The translations under genes were made by a program, and so were the position numbers. The notes under the pieces are model-generated. The model saw only the letters and a list, made by a program, of their open reading frames with translations, had not been told where the DNA came from and searched no databases. A stretch of DNA of 64,000 nucleotides. It comes from Marsupella aquatica (Eukaryota; Plantae; Marchantiophyta). The stretch spans positions 11,803,187-11,867,186 of the forward strand of contig OZ316898.1 in the NCBI GenBank assembly GCA_973895155.1. The letters run 5' to 3'. This document shows, one piece after another, positions 23,611 through 43,055 of this stretch; position 1 is the stretch's first letter, and each line of letters opens with the position of its first letter.

Positions 23611-24694
23611 ATCTTTTTCTTGTATCAACATGTTTTGTGCAATGAAGAGACATCAGACTAGTACAACGAGAACCAGCAAATCAAAAGTAAATCTGACTGA
23701 AAACTCTATGTTTGAAGAACTCTAACCCTCAAAAAAATACGCAACATAAGTGAAGTGGATGCTCGAATGGACCAGATTTTTTTTGACCTAGCAGCGTGGA
23801 AGATCCAAGGGTGTTAGCATAATTAGAACAAAACGATGCCATTTGAGTTAGAAATAACCTTTGAGAATTGCCATCGTCCACCAAGCTGGTTGTTACATCT
23901 GGAGGTCCATCTGTTGTCTAATACATCGACAGAAAAGTCCATTTTGAAACACATAAGATAATTAGTGGTGTAGAGCACGTTCATAATCTGGTCCGTTACC
24001 AGGGGGAGGATTGCTCCACTGTAGTCGAACTTGTAGTCGGTGGCTCATAATTTCAGCACAGAAGATGCAACTCGTTGGAGAAAGGGAAGGAGCCACTTCT
24101 CCAGTAGGAGTACTGTCGTACAACAATCGAGTCAAATCGCAAGATTAAAAGTGCAAGACGGGTGCTGTTGCGGTCAGGAAATATATATTTTTTCCTTTTG
24201 TAGCTTTGACTCCTTTAGTTTGTTCGAAAAGAAACGATAAAGAAACGAGCAAGACGCTCCCAGCACTTTGGCGATGGCGGCAATGATTTTTAGTCGTTCT
24301 TTTTCCTTGTTTGGCGGGACGGGAGGACGAGGGAAGGCGAAAACGCGATACCACCGTTTTGCGGTGGAGAGGAAGACAAGTGACTCACGTTTTGGGGCAA
24401 TTCGTGACGTGCTGTCGGGGATGTAGGTTTGCGCTTTTGCAGCATCCTATGGCTTGGTTTGGATGTTGGTCTATCCGGGCATCTTACAGTTGAACTTACT
24501 TTCGATCGTTAGTAAAGAGTGCTGTACAGTAATCCGAGGTTTGATCAGCAGTAAGTTACAGTACAGAAGGGTCTAGTACTGTGCGCATGTCGAGCTAATT
24601 AACCCGGGTTAAGTTCCGTTACCGGGGGAGGCATGATGCACTGTACTGTAGTCTAGTCGGTCGCTCTTTTATTACAGTGGCGAAGATGCGACGC

Positions 24695-25510
24695 AGGGGA
24701 GGGAGGGAGGGAGTGAGGGAGCGAGGGAGGGAACTAGTGTACAGTGGCGGTCAGTCAGACGAATACGGAGGCAGAATGCAGAGCGAGACGGAGCTCCGAG
24801 CTCGTTGGCGATGGCGGCAGAGGTGTTTGTTGGCGGTCTAGCGGAGTGTAGTAGTGAATGGCTTTCCTACACTTTGCAGTAATGACAATACGAGAGTGTG
24901 ACAAGAGAGACGGAGGGGAGGGGAAGGGACGCAGGGTCTTGTTGTGTGGAGAGACTGGATGAGAGATAGGGAGAAAGACGGAGGGAGGGAGGGTCAGGGT
25001 GGCGTAATAATGATGACAGTAGGGAGTGCCTGACTGGCTTGATTGACTTGGCCTTTGCCTGCATCTGTGTGACTGTGTGTGCCTGTGTGCTGTGCTTGGG
25101 GTCTGTGCAGCTGTGGTTTTTGTTGTTGGAGTGGTGCTGCAGTATGGTGCGGTGGTATGGTGTCTCGTAGTGTGGAGATATTGCTCGAAAGCTCTGCTGG
25201 TCGCAGATCTGGGACGAGAGAAGCGGAGAGGAGAGGAGAGGAGAGAAGACAGAAGGAGGGAGGCCCCTGCTCGGGACGTGTGTGGAAATTTTGTTTGTTC
25301 GGAGAACAGTAGCAGTAGTGTAGGTCGGTCGGACGGGCCAGCGAACGGCCGAAAGGAAGGTGTGGAGGTGTTGGAGGCACTGAAAGGAAAGGGAAGGAAA
25401 GGAAAAGAAAGGAAAGGAAAGGGACAGAAGGAAAAAGTCCTGCGGACTGGCTGGCCGGGCAGAAGGGGCGGGCCGGAGCGGAGCAGGGTGGTGGTGGTGG
25501 TGGTGGTCTG
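24695..25510 (+). promoter_or_regulatory. Probable promoter / long 5' UTR of the NDR kinase with (GGGA)n, (GAGAG)n, (GGAAA)n, (GGT)n microsatellites
   Basis: CpG-retaining, purine-rich simple repeats upstream of ATG 26136. Confidence 0.5.
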
Positions 25511-26135
25511 TATTGCGAAAGGTGGTGAAGGTTTAGGAGGGTGTCGCAAAATGAGCTGGGAGTGTGGTGGGACATGATGTGCCTCGTGAGGTTTAAGAGG
25601 TAGTGACCTGAAGGGCGGCACTTGTTTCTCCTCCTGCTACTTTGTCAATGTTGCATACACTCTTGCTCTGCTCTGCTCGTCTGGTCGCGTCTGGACTGGT
25701 CTGATCTGTTCTGGTCTAATCTGTGCATGATTGTACTCTTGTTTCGATGTTCCCATCTGCACCTGGCTTGGCTTGTATGTGCGTGCGTGCGTGCTTTCTT
25801 GGACGTAGAGTGTGAGCTGCTGCATGGTGTTCATTGAACGACGATGATAGGTGATGGTTCACTGCAATTAGCAGAAGACTGTCTTCTGTTGTTGCTGTCT
25901 ACGTGTAATTGGAGATGCATGAGAGAGCGAAGGTGCTGCGGAACAAGGTTTCTAGAGGGGTAGAGGGAGGGAGGTAGGGAGAGGGAGAGGGTGTTTGGAA
26001 ATGCCAGTTCGGCCGCATGTACCAGACCTGATGCAAAGATCAATTAGGCAGGGGAGAGATCATCAAGGCAGCGTGTTGATGAGGCGGAATAATATATTAC
26101 AGTAGGGATTATTATTGGCAGAGAACGATCAAGAG

Positions 26136-31917
<5,782 letters not shown>

Positions 31918-34900
31918 CAAATCTAGTGATCTACTTTTAAACCACTCGATTACAGCTGTATTTTTCTTGTCCCATGGAAGCCTTTGAGCCAGGGTTCTCA
32001 GCCGGAAGTCTGCATTGAAGCAGGAGAAGAAGGCGAATATCATGGGACATGGAGGATGCCCATTGACTAGATTGTATCACTGGGTACCTAGCGTGCAAGG
32101 CAGGAGTCCGTTCTGCCCATTAAGTTCTGACACTGCCATTAGGGCAGTAGTCTTTTTCAGATGATTGTTTGGGAGGAGATGCCACACACATAGTTACACA
32201 CACAGCACATCCATATGCTTTTTAACTGTTTCCTGGGTGTTACGTTAGTGCTGGCCGGGGTTAAATTGCCGTGGGCAAGTTGAACCGTTTTGGGAGTCAA
32301 TAAATACAAATTTAGGAAAGTGGGTTCTAGTTGGTCAGAGTCCAGCAGCGCAAATCCACGGGCCAGACAAGGAATTCTAGCAGCCGTAGTGTGACAGGTG
32401 CCCTATGGTTTACCGTCACCAACAGTGAGATTGTTTCAGGAAATGATCAATTCCAGGAGTGTACTTCACCCGATTTGAGCTGTCTTTCTATTACACCCCG
32501 AATTGACCTCATGATACTGTGAGGTTCCTTGTATAGAAGCTGACTCTAGCAATGTAGTTATCAGCCAAGAGAGGTGTAAATGGACCTAGTTCCAAATGTA
32601 GCAGAAATAGACAAGGATTTAATTTAGTCATTGGTTTGTGAGGTTCACAGGTGAGCTATTTTACCCGCAGGAAAGTTATGAATCAATCAGTGATGGCAAC
32701 AGATTTTATCACGTATTGGTTTTGTAGGAATTGTCCTTGTACAACAATATCTGGAACCTATCCTTATTTCTGGGTGGTGCATATACTCAGCTTTGATGAA
32801 GCGTCCTTTTTGGACCGGATATTATAGCCTCCACCAGAAGTTCCCTGCGTTACTGGCTGGATAAATTCAAGGTTATAATGACTCGGTGAAGGCTTTGTTA
32901 TGTCTCCTTCGGCGATTACAATCATCGATACTGGTATGCCAAAACCATCCCGAAAGCCGTGAGAGAATTCTCTCATGTACCTAGCTTTTGAGCCCATGAA
33001 TATTGCCCATGATATGCATGTTTTGGAAGTAACTGTTTAAACTCACATTCTTGTTGACAATTCTGGGTTGAACTCATGGCAATGTTAACACGCTGAACTC
33101 GAAAGCCGACTAAGGTGTCTAAAGTGTCTAAACGATTTCAGTCCAACGACTACAGTAGTTAAGGTGTGATCCCCAAACTTGGCAGAATGGTGCTAATTAG
33201 AATTCCCAGAGTTACTGTAGTTGCTTGTCGACGACTCAGAACTGGTTGTGTGGAATTGGATAGCCTCATCTTCACCTCTGGATATAATATCACTTAAAAA
33301 TCCCAACAAATTTAAGGCTCAGCTTTTGATTCTTTGTAATACTTCAATTTGCAGACCTGCAAGCTTGTCCTCTTGTCTTTTAAAATGGGTTGGCTTGTCC
33401 TCTGTCTTGTAAAATGGGTTGGCTGCAGTTAGTGAGGATGCATATGATCCTCCATAGTATGTATCCTTTACCTACCTCCCCATGAGTTCTCTCCAATCCA
33501 TGATTTGAGACAGCAGCTAGCTGAATTTGCAAGCTATCAACTCCCAGGGCTTAGTTATGGGTTGGCAATTTTGGTTCAAATCAAACCTGCCACGGATGAT
33601 TTCCTTTTGCCGGATGGAATTCAAACCTAGGTTTTTCAGAGATCCAAATTACAGACTTGCGCTCTAACAAGATCCCATTTACCTCTAAAGGTTGAAAACC
33701 TTTTAATAACCCTCCTAGTTCTATCTAATGCAAGTGTTTCGTATGCTACTACCCCTTTTAATGACCTTTGAGAATTATTAGGTTGTGTACCTCTTCTGTA
33801 TGCTTTGATGTTTGCAAGGCAGATACTACATGTTCTCTTGTTATGTTCTCTTGTTTGTGTTGCTTTCTTATTTAATACACTGCAAAGCTCGGGGGTCTCA
33901 CTATATGGAGGCCCCTCCATCACCTGTGATATTTTAGGCTAGCCTCGTACCTAAAAGGTACAATTTCAATTGTTTTAAACCCCTTGAAGATTTTAACTAT
34001 TCTTGGAATATTCCAAATCTTTTATTAAAAGTCCCTAAGGTTCTCATAAGTCTCAAAATTGGATTTCAAAACCAAAAAGTTCTGAAATATTCCTATAGAA
34101 GAAATAAAATGACATTATTCTTTTTTGCATGTAATGTGTCATTTTTATGAGAATAAAATATCAAAAAATCATTGTTTACATCAAAATGCTTTGGACATTA
34201 TGAAATATGCATCACAAAATATTTATGAGGTTTCAAACACTCTAAAAAATTTAGTCACTAGAATACAAAACTATAATGATTATTTATAATTGATGAATGT
34301 TTCAATTACTTATTCGACTCCCTCACAAACTACACAAAATAGTGATGAATGTTTCAAGGATCTAGGAGGGAAAATGTGTGGGACTAGAATTCGTCACTAG
34401 AAATTACTCACAAACTACACAAAATAATTACTCACTGTTGGGATTTGGGGTTGACCCAATCATTTTGGTTTTCAGTGTTGGAGGTGGGATGATGCTTTGA
34501 CAATACCAGAAAGGTGCCCAATGGTGTAGAACAATTATTCATACTCTTAGGATAGTATGACACATGAAGACTGAACGATTCATTCCCACCTTTGTGTTTT
34601 CTCCTGTCTGTCCCTCGTTGGATTTTCTAAAGGAATTACACTATAGGAAGTGTATACGTAGCATTAGTGTGTAGCACAATGGTGACGGTCTTAGAGTGGC
34701 ATAGAAAGGTCGAGGAATAGAGCCCTACCATAAGTAATAGTGTTTTAATGATGATGCAAGGGCCTGAAAATGGGCAAAATTTTGAGCTTTGTATGTAAAT
34801 TAGAAATGGGTTATGCAAGGGTCGACATAGAAAGGAAGGAAGGAACGATATATGGGGGAAGAATTAATTTCAAAATGAAAAGAATACCAAAAAAAGCAAC

Positions 34901-35589
34901 CCTCATAAGTCAAAATTAAAATTAAAACTTCGTATATATTAGAATGCTAAAGATGCCTTTGGAGGTACACTCTTGTACTTTGGGAGGCATATAACCCAAA
35001 CTGTGCTATGATTTAAAATGGGTCCATTACAGCAACTTTCGAAGGAGAATTGTTTCTTTTGAGAAGTTTGATTAGTCCTTGCATCAACTTTCGAAGGAGT
35101 GTTTCTTTTGAGAGGCTACCTTAGCGAATCTTTAGTTTCGATGCTCTAGACAAGATTCTGAAAAGAGTGTTCCTTACTTTGCATGGATCCACAGCGTATA
35201 CATGCTGTAGATTGTAGAATGGTGGGATTGAGTAACTCAATGATTGTGCAGTCCTCACAATGATGCGTGTCCCAAAGAAAGAACTGAATAATCCCACACC
35301 TGTCAAACTAAACCGTGGCATGATCATGAAATGCACCCGAATGATACCTACAATATTCTTAGATTTTACTTTACAAAATCCCCCCCGAGTTTCAGTAGCA
35401 GTCTATTCTCACTGTATATCTTTTCTTTAAGCATGGTTTAAAATGATGGCAAAGTACTACAGACACTTAAAAAAGAACAGATGGCAACCCTACTGAATCT
35501 CGTTAGCTGCATAGAATTATCATTTCTTTAAATTTAAATTGTTCGCTTCAAACTCTTTGTCAGTAAATGATCCTGCTGGATCGTACTGA

Positions 35590-35930
35590 TGTATGGCAAT
35601 GATGACTTCATAATCCTCATATCCAGTAAAGAAGCGTGGTTTTATTTTTATTTTTATTTGGGGGGGGGGGGGGAGATCTAGTTAGAATTTTCATTTAGAT
35701 TCAGTTGTTCCATAGTACCTGAGGAACAACTGAAGAAACCACCATTTAAAGAGGACTGATGATGACTTCTTAATCCGCATATCCAGTAAAGAAGGGTGGT
35801 TTTATGCTGAAGGGGGGGAGGGGATCTAGTAAGAATTTTCTTTTTGGGGATACGCTGATACCTCTTCCCTCCAGACCATAGGACCAGAGAAACAAGAAAC
35901 CACTCATTTAAAGAGGAATGATGATGACTA
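35590..35930. repeat. ~160-bp tandem duplication
   Basis: gatgacttc.taatcc.catatccagtaaagaag..gatctagt.agaatttt twice; catttaaagagga twice. Confidence 0.7.
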
Positions 35931-38900
35931 CATTTCAAACTCCTCTCATGATCACAAATATAGATTTGGAGATCTGATCTACGATAAACGAAAGATTTCT
36001 TGAATCAATCATTACGCTTGGCTGAAAAATATTTGAGCAGGACTTTTTCTTCTTTTGCTTGAAATTAAGGATTTGTTGAATAATGATTAGACTGGGCTGT
36101 TAAATACTTCAGTAGGATTCTTTCTTTAATATAGCATGCTAGTCTTGGAAGATGCTTGATATTTTGTCTTGTAGGGATAAAATATGAGAGTAGAACTAGA
36201 ATACATAATAACTAGTAAGTGTGAATGGGATAAAATAATATAAATAGAGTATTTGGAAAGAAAAGCATGTAGTGAGTGACAATTCTATGACACAAAGGTA
36301 GTGAATGACCAATGAAAGTACAGTCAAGTGCTATGACACAAAGGTGATACATGTGTGCACTTATTAATTGAATGTGCCTTATTAATGACACTCAATTCAA
36401 TAAAACCATAAACTTAGGAAAGAAAGCCGTGAGAGGAACTTAAGCCATGATGTGTTCAGGTTATTTAGAATCATTTCTCTCTCTCGTGAGAAGACTTGAA
36501 AACTTTGTTCAAGTGGTAGAATTCAATATAGCAGCTTCTGAATAATCAGATTATGTCCTTGGAAATCAGATTTCCAAGTATGAAAGAGATAGAATATAGA
36601 GAGGGAGTCCCAAGACAGACACTCCCCCTATTTCTTGAATATGAACCCGGGTTCCCACTAGAACCCAAAAGCCTGCCACTAAACTTCCAGAGGGCAAACA
36701 AGAAAAGGGCAAGAGTGAAAATTAACAGAGTTACCAGAATTTTTTAGTGGTTTAATGCTAATTCAACATCAATTAGTCAGAAACTTAGCTTGTATCCTGG
36801 TGGTCAAGAGTTCTGGTTGCAAACCGGCACATCTCAGGGACAAATCATGAGGGGAAACCTCTTGGTTTTGTGCCATGAAAAAGAATTATTTAACCCTTTT
36901 GATGGTAGGAAACTTTGTCGGAAACCCAGGGTCTTGCAAACGATTACATTGATGTAAACTTCAACAGTAATGCACTGAAGGGATGGCAATGTTAGGATCG
37001 CTTCGGGGTTTACATGAACTGAGATTGTATTTCAAGGCTCAACTGGCTAATTAAGAATAATGACTTGAGGGCATTAGGGCTAATGGAAATCATCAAGATG
37101 TCATCACATCACTCAAGAGACCTTCCATCCAGAGCAACTGACAGCTTGATGACCCTGTCGAGTAAGAATGATGCCAAGTCAGGTTTTTGGAAAATGCCCT
37201 TAGTACATACACCTTGACAATTTTCTGAAGCCAACTTAACAACAGAGTGATTACCTAGGTAAACTGTTTGTTTGGCCTTCAGAGGTCATTTTTTAGTACA
37301 AGATGTTCACAGTACTATGCAGACAATTTCAGACGTGTTGGTAGAGTCTTTGGCGGTTTTATCAGTCCATGGGGGCATCATGGACAACCTACCAGTCCAT
37401 CCACGCATACTTTAATTTGACAGACATGCTGTCTTTAATACAGACAAATTGAGTATCACTACTGGACAGTAGCAATTAGCAATGATACGATGCCTTCGAC
37501 AGAATACCCTTAGGGACTTCTCTCCCCACTTTCCAGGCAGACAGAGACAAAGAAAAAGCTCTCTTGAAAGTGATAGAATGATGTTTAAATAGTCAGAATC
37601 ATCAGGTCACTTTAGTAGCACTGCTCGTAGAAAAAGATATACATGCAGCAGTACTTGCAATTTCCTTGGATATAACACTCAATGGAGGAGATATGCCAGA
37701 TAATGAATTGTAGGATTTGCACTCCTGAGACTAGAACTAGAGTTTGCTTGTGGCTCCACTCCTGCCCCAATGACATCATTGGCTAAAGCTCATTCCCAGC
37801 CCAAGGCCAGAACCTGGTGACCCCATGTATCTTTCTTTGGTTGCTCTGGTGATGCTGCAGCTCAAGTTGCTCCATTCCCTTTTGGCCCTTGGGTTTTTGA
37901 ATTTCTTTGTCCTTGACTGGTTTTTGTCGAGGATGGCTTGAAAATACCACTTGTCACCTTCTACTGAAGATTAAAACTATACAACTGAAATCTTTGTACA
38001 TTCTCAGTTGAAAAGGGTTATTTGAGTAAGGTCAGTAGGTGATAAGAGGCCCACACAGAACATGCACTCATGCTCATGGAGGTGTATGACCCATGTCAAA
38101 ACTGGCAATGGAAACCAAAGAAATACTTAACAGGGCCCCTCTTCTTGAATGCATGTGGACTTGATGGGCACCAAAGATGGATGTCAAACCTAACCACACT
38201 CTTTTGAGGGTGAATGGTTGAAAGTAACAAAACTCAGTTACACCTCACACTTGAATGCAGTCAAAGCCAGACCCTTCTCTACTACACAGGGTGCCAGCAC
38301 TTGACTTGGGGAGCACTTATGCAATCTGCAGTATGTTAACTTTTTGGTGAAACTTAATTATTTTAAAACTTTTAAGTACTTTGCCACTAAAGATGTTTAA
38401 GTTTACAATACTGTCATTGTTTTATTTGTATTTACAAATATGCCATACTTTTGGTATATAGTTTCCTTGGTGACCTTGGTGAACTTGTCATCCATATATA
38501 AAACCATGACTTTTGTAAATACATAAAAAAAGCAGTGAGAGTATTGTCAATTAGAATATCTTTAGTGTCAAAGTACTTAAAACTTGATTGTATCAAATGA
38601 CAGAATCTATACATTATTTCAGACACCTTTCTATCACTTGTTTGCAAGCAAGGAATTTTGTTCTTGACGGGGTTCTTGAATGGAATTGACCAATTCCAAA
38701 ACCTGATGGAGTGCAAATTTTATACATTTTTTCATGACAAAATAAAGTGCTATAGTGTAGACAAAAGTGATCTAGTGGCAGAGTTGTCAGAAAAGTCCCA
38801 ACTTTTTTCAGTAAGTAGCTTGAACTTCATAGATTGAAATGTTAAGCATGCAAATCATCAAGAAATATACTTTGCTACACTGTGTTACAATTTGAAAGCC

Positions 38901-41900
38901 CTTGGAGCAACACTAGGACAGCCATGCTAAGAATCCTATTACAGGTAAATACAGGTTTTGGAACATTTTACTTAATATTTGTTCCCCTTGTTTTTCTGTG
39001 TATCATTGCCAAGAGTTGGAGAGGGGAAGAGTTTGACAGTATGAGCCTTTAAAAAAATCACTGGCAACAACAAGTACTACAATAGTCCCATCTTTTGCTT
39101 TTGGAGATAAATAGTCATTATGAAACCACAAAATAATTTCCTGATGTGAATTTAAGATGAAAACACTGACTTTACAATGTATGCATTATTTATATAATTA
39201 GAACATAACAAAAATTAATCCATGGACCCTTACTTTAGAGGCAGTTATCTAGAAACTGAAGCCTAAATGGACCTCCAAGTCTAAAGAAAATAAAGTCAAA
39301 CATGGACAAGTCAATGTTTGACACTTGAAACAGTTGCCAACCTTACCAAGGCAACCACAATTAATATGAATCACACACCAGCTGCAATGTGAACTAATGT
39401 TTAATGTTGGGTAGCTTAATTGCCCACTTCAGCAAAATGGTGCTCGACGGTTTCCTCCACGGTACTGAAGGGATGTCGGATGCACTCAAGTTGCATTGAA
39501 AGTAATCACTTTTCAATTCCTACACACAAAGAGACAAAGAGAGAGAAGTCGTCGGTGTCATCAAATCACTAACTTTGCAGAATTGTTTGAGACAAACCTT
39601 TTCATGGAAACAAATCTCCCATTGTAAAATTCAGAATTGATCAAAAGCTAGAAAAATTTAGAAACTCATGACCACTTTAGTACTTAATAAAATCTCTCAA
39701 TGTCACACTCATTGGGAAGCTAGAGAACATCATAAACTCATAATCTACTCAATACTCAACTAGATCTATCAATATTAAGTCCATTAAAAAGCTAAAGAAA
39801 TTCTAAAACGCATAATCTCCTTAGTACTTGATAAAATCTGTCAATTTTAGGTTCATTCTCATGGAAGGGATCAACATTTTTGAGGGGTTGTGCAACAAAG
39901 ATTTATATTTCTATTCACTTTAAAGATTATGAAATCACGGGTAAAATCTATTTTTCAAATTACTTACTCAATTCTTACAAAATGGTGACAATCCTTAGCT
40001 CATTCGAACCGTCTTAACTAATACGTGGAGGACGTGCGAATGCTCGAAGGGTAGTTTTTATTCATTTTGAACTAATAATTGTAATTATTACCGGTAATAA
40101 GGGAACTTTTAATGGTAAAATAGAAATAACAAGGGGTAAACACGAAAAAGATCCCGATCGTAGGGGGTCCACTTCTTTTACATGCAGTGAGGGCCCAGGG
40201 CATATTATACGTGAGTTTTCATTATGATTTGACTCAACAATGTCAAATTAATAAAAAATTGCCGACAGGAAAATTTTATGGTTTGAATAAAATCAAAATG
40301 TAAATAAAACCGTGTCGTGTGCATACAATCGCTACCACAACATACATCGCTTGTCATATACATCCAGACATAGTCACACTGCCACATCACAAACACAAGA
40401 TAATGGAATACAAGTGGAACTCATGTCCACACATGTCCAAAACCCACAATAATCTCAATAGAATCCGAACAACGATTGACGCAAATAATACGCACTCAAT
40501 CGCGTCCGATCTGATCACACACGTATGTCGAGCCAATGCACCTTGCACTCAAGGAATCCACGCTACATATAGAGAGCTCGCAGTCACCATAGCCACCACA
40601 CAAGCTCCCCTCTCCAAGGATCAACATTGAAAGATAACCTTTCAATGTCTCACAAGAGACAACTACCCTCTCACACAAACCTAACGGAACCTTATCGGCT
40701 CATATAGCACACATACCAAACATATGGATCTAGATAGTATGATACACTCTAACACTACCTAGAATGGTGTGACAACCGTGGGGAAATTTCACCTCAATCT
40801 TTGTTTTTGATTTGCATGTCATTTTTTTTACATTATCTTTTACGGCATGGCATCCCAATTTATACAATAAAGTTGCCACAAACACAAATGCAGAAGTTAA
40901 TTTTATCGCAAAAAAAAGTCTCTTTGTGTTTGCAGCATGCCATGATGATGTGGCACAAATTGCAGCCTGGAATTTTGGAAAGGACCCCTAATGAGGTGTC
41001 CGTAACAAGAGAATGTGTATTAGTTTACTAGCATTCGAGCATACTAAATATCCTTTTGATATTTTCCCTTTGTAATATTCAGGGCATTATGGGAGAAGAA
41101 TGCCCAATGGAGGTTTAGTTCACCCGTGAGTTCACCCACTTTAGATAGGAAGGTTCTCCTCCAGTTTCATAAAAATGATAATATATTAAGCCTTTAAGTG
41201 TATTGAGGTTCTGTTCCTGAATATTTTGGTCTATCTTTGTTTTTTGGGACATTTTCAAGGCATTGTGGAAGAAGTATGCTCAATCAATCAAGATTTGTGT
41301 TTCCTAGTTAGGGAGGTTCTCCTCTAATTTCACTAACATTACTAAAAATAATGTTCTCTTAAGCTTTAAAATGTGTTATTTAAGGTCCTGGCTCACAAGC
41401 TTTAATATGGACATATATTATATCCCACAATGCCCTCTAAGCAGGACATTAGAGGGCATCTTGAACATCTGAGTTTTGCCTCTGGTCATGGTCAAGGTCA
41501 TTTTCGTGGAATTTAAGTGGCACACACCTGAGTTTTGCCTCTGGTCGCGGCCAAGATCATTTTCCCAGAATCAAAGTTTAGGGTTTAGGGTACTTCTGGG
41601 CAAGGTACTGTACAATGCAAGCAAGCAGGAGTTTTGCTAGCAAGGAGAGTGTTGTTAGGGAGACACTAGTGATTTCAAATATGTTTTGCTTTTTGCTGCC
41701 TTTTATGTTTTTTGTGTTGTTTTATCACTCCAAATGGCTAGAGAGTTCCCTAGCAAAAAGAGGAGTCCCCAAAATGGATGTTCTCAACCAGGTTTGTTGT
41801 TAACAAAGCAGTTGGATATAGATAAATTAGGGGTCATATGAGGAAAAAAAATGCTTGCGCAAGGAAGTTTTTTACTGTTGACTCGCACTCTACATTGACC

Positions 41901-43055
41901 CATTTCGGGGCTCTGTTTACTCGCATGCTACAATGACCCCTTTTGGACCACAAAATGTTTTGGCTGCCCTACAAGTCTAGATGCCCTAATACATACAGAA
42001 TTAGGGCTCCACAAAAAATTACAATTCTGGTTGGGCGAGCAAGCTTGGAGTAAAGCTTCTCCTCTCCTCCGAGGTATTTGCTTGATGGGAGCTCAAAATA
42101 AAAAGTTTTATTTGATAGGACCCTGAAGTTTTAGGTAAGTTAATTCACTGTTAATGAAGTTTTAGGTAACCTCAAAATAAAAAGTTTTATTTGATAGGAC
42201 CCTGAAGTTTTAGGTAAGGTAATTCAAGGTCAATCAATCAACTGTCTGGATTACTCAAGGTCCTATCAAAGCCCTTTCAAGTAAATCTTTTCATATTGGA
42301 GTCCCATCAAGCAAATACCCCACTTTTCTTCTGTCCACGACTTTTCCTTGCGGATGTAGAGCTTCTCCGCTTTCCGACTTTGGGTCGTCTTGTTAGAACA
42401 CCGACTACTTGCGTTGATCTGAGCGTGTTCTCACTGAATCGAAGGAAACATTCACACGTCCCCATACGTCCCAAGAAAATTACTGCGTATTCCCTCGAAA
42501 CCTGCCAAGAAAGTTGCTTCGCCGGGCAAGAAGTTTGGAGAATTTGTATGATAAGCTGATACGATTTTCGAAAAGGCTCTACGTGGTTTATCGTCGTTGT
42601 ACGATCCAAAGAACGAAACCTGGCACTCGCCATTGTAGTCGGAAAGGCTTTCGTTGCAAAGGTCCGCAAACTACCGCAATGTCTCGGTCGGAGGAACAAA
42701 ATCGTTCTGCCGATTGCGTTTATTGTTAATCTATTCTGTCGGCTTGTGTAACTTCATAGATTTTCGACTGAGAGAGGAAGCATGATCAAATTTTAATAAG
42801 AGAAATTTGGATGAAAGCAGTACTTGCTGAAAGGTCGTCTTACAATCATACAATCAGGTCCCTACAATCCAAGTAAACAACTGTTAATCATTGCTTTTCT
42901 GATCTGTAAACCTGCATGGCATCAGGTGATGTCGACGCTCTTGTCTTGAAAGATCGAGATTCATGAAGTTGAAGAGAAACAGAACACAGGAATATTACGG
43001 TGGGTGACTGCCGATGTGTTGATTTGAGACAGCGCAGCTGAAAGAAAACTTCAGG

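Noticed and set aside
24755-25621. 288-aa and overlapping ORFs on both strands
   Set aside because: Low-complexity translations of microsatellite-rich UTR sequence; no domain motifs.
36900-38330. Possible degraded LINE ORF1/endonuclease; similar traces at 54750-55900
   Set aside because: Only faint Cys/His patterns; no continuous frame.
41575-41590. Interstitial telomere-like TTTAGGG x2 (similar at ~31095)
   Set aside because: Too short to distinguish from common telo-box or chance occurrence.
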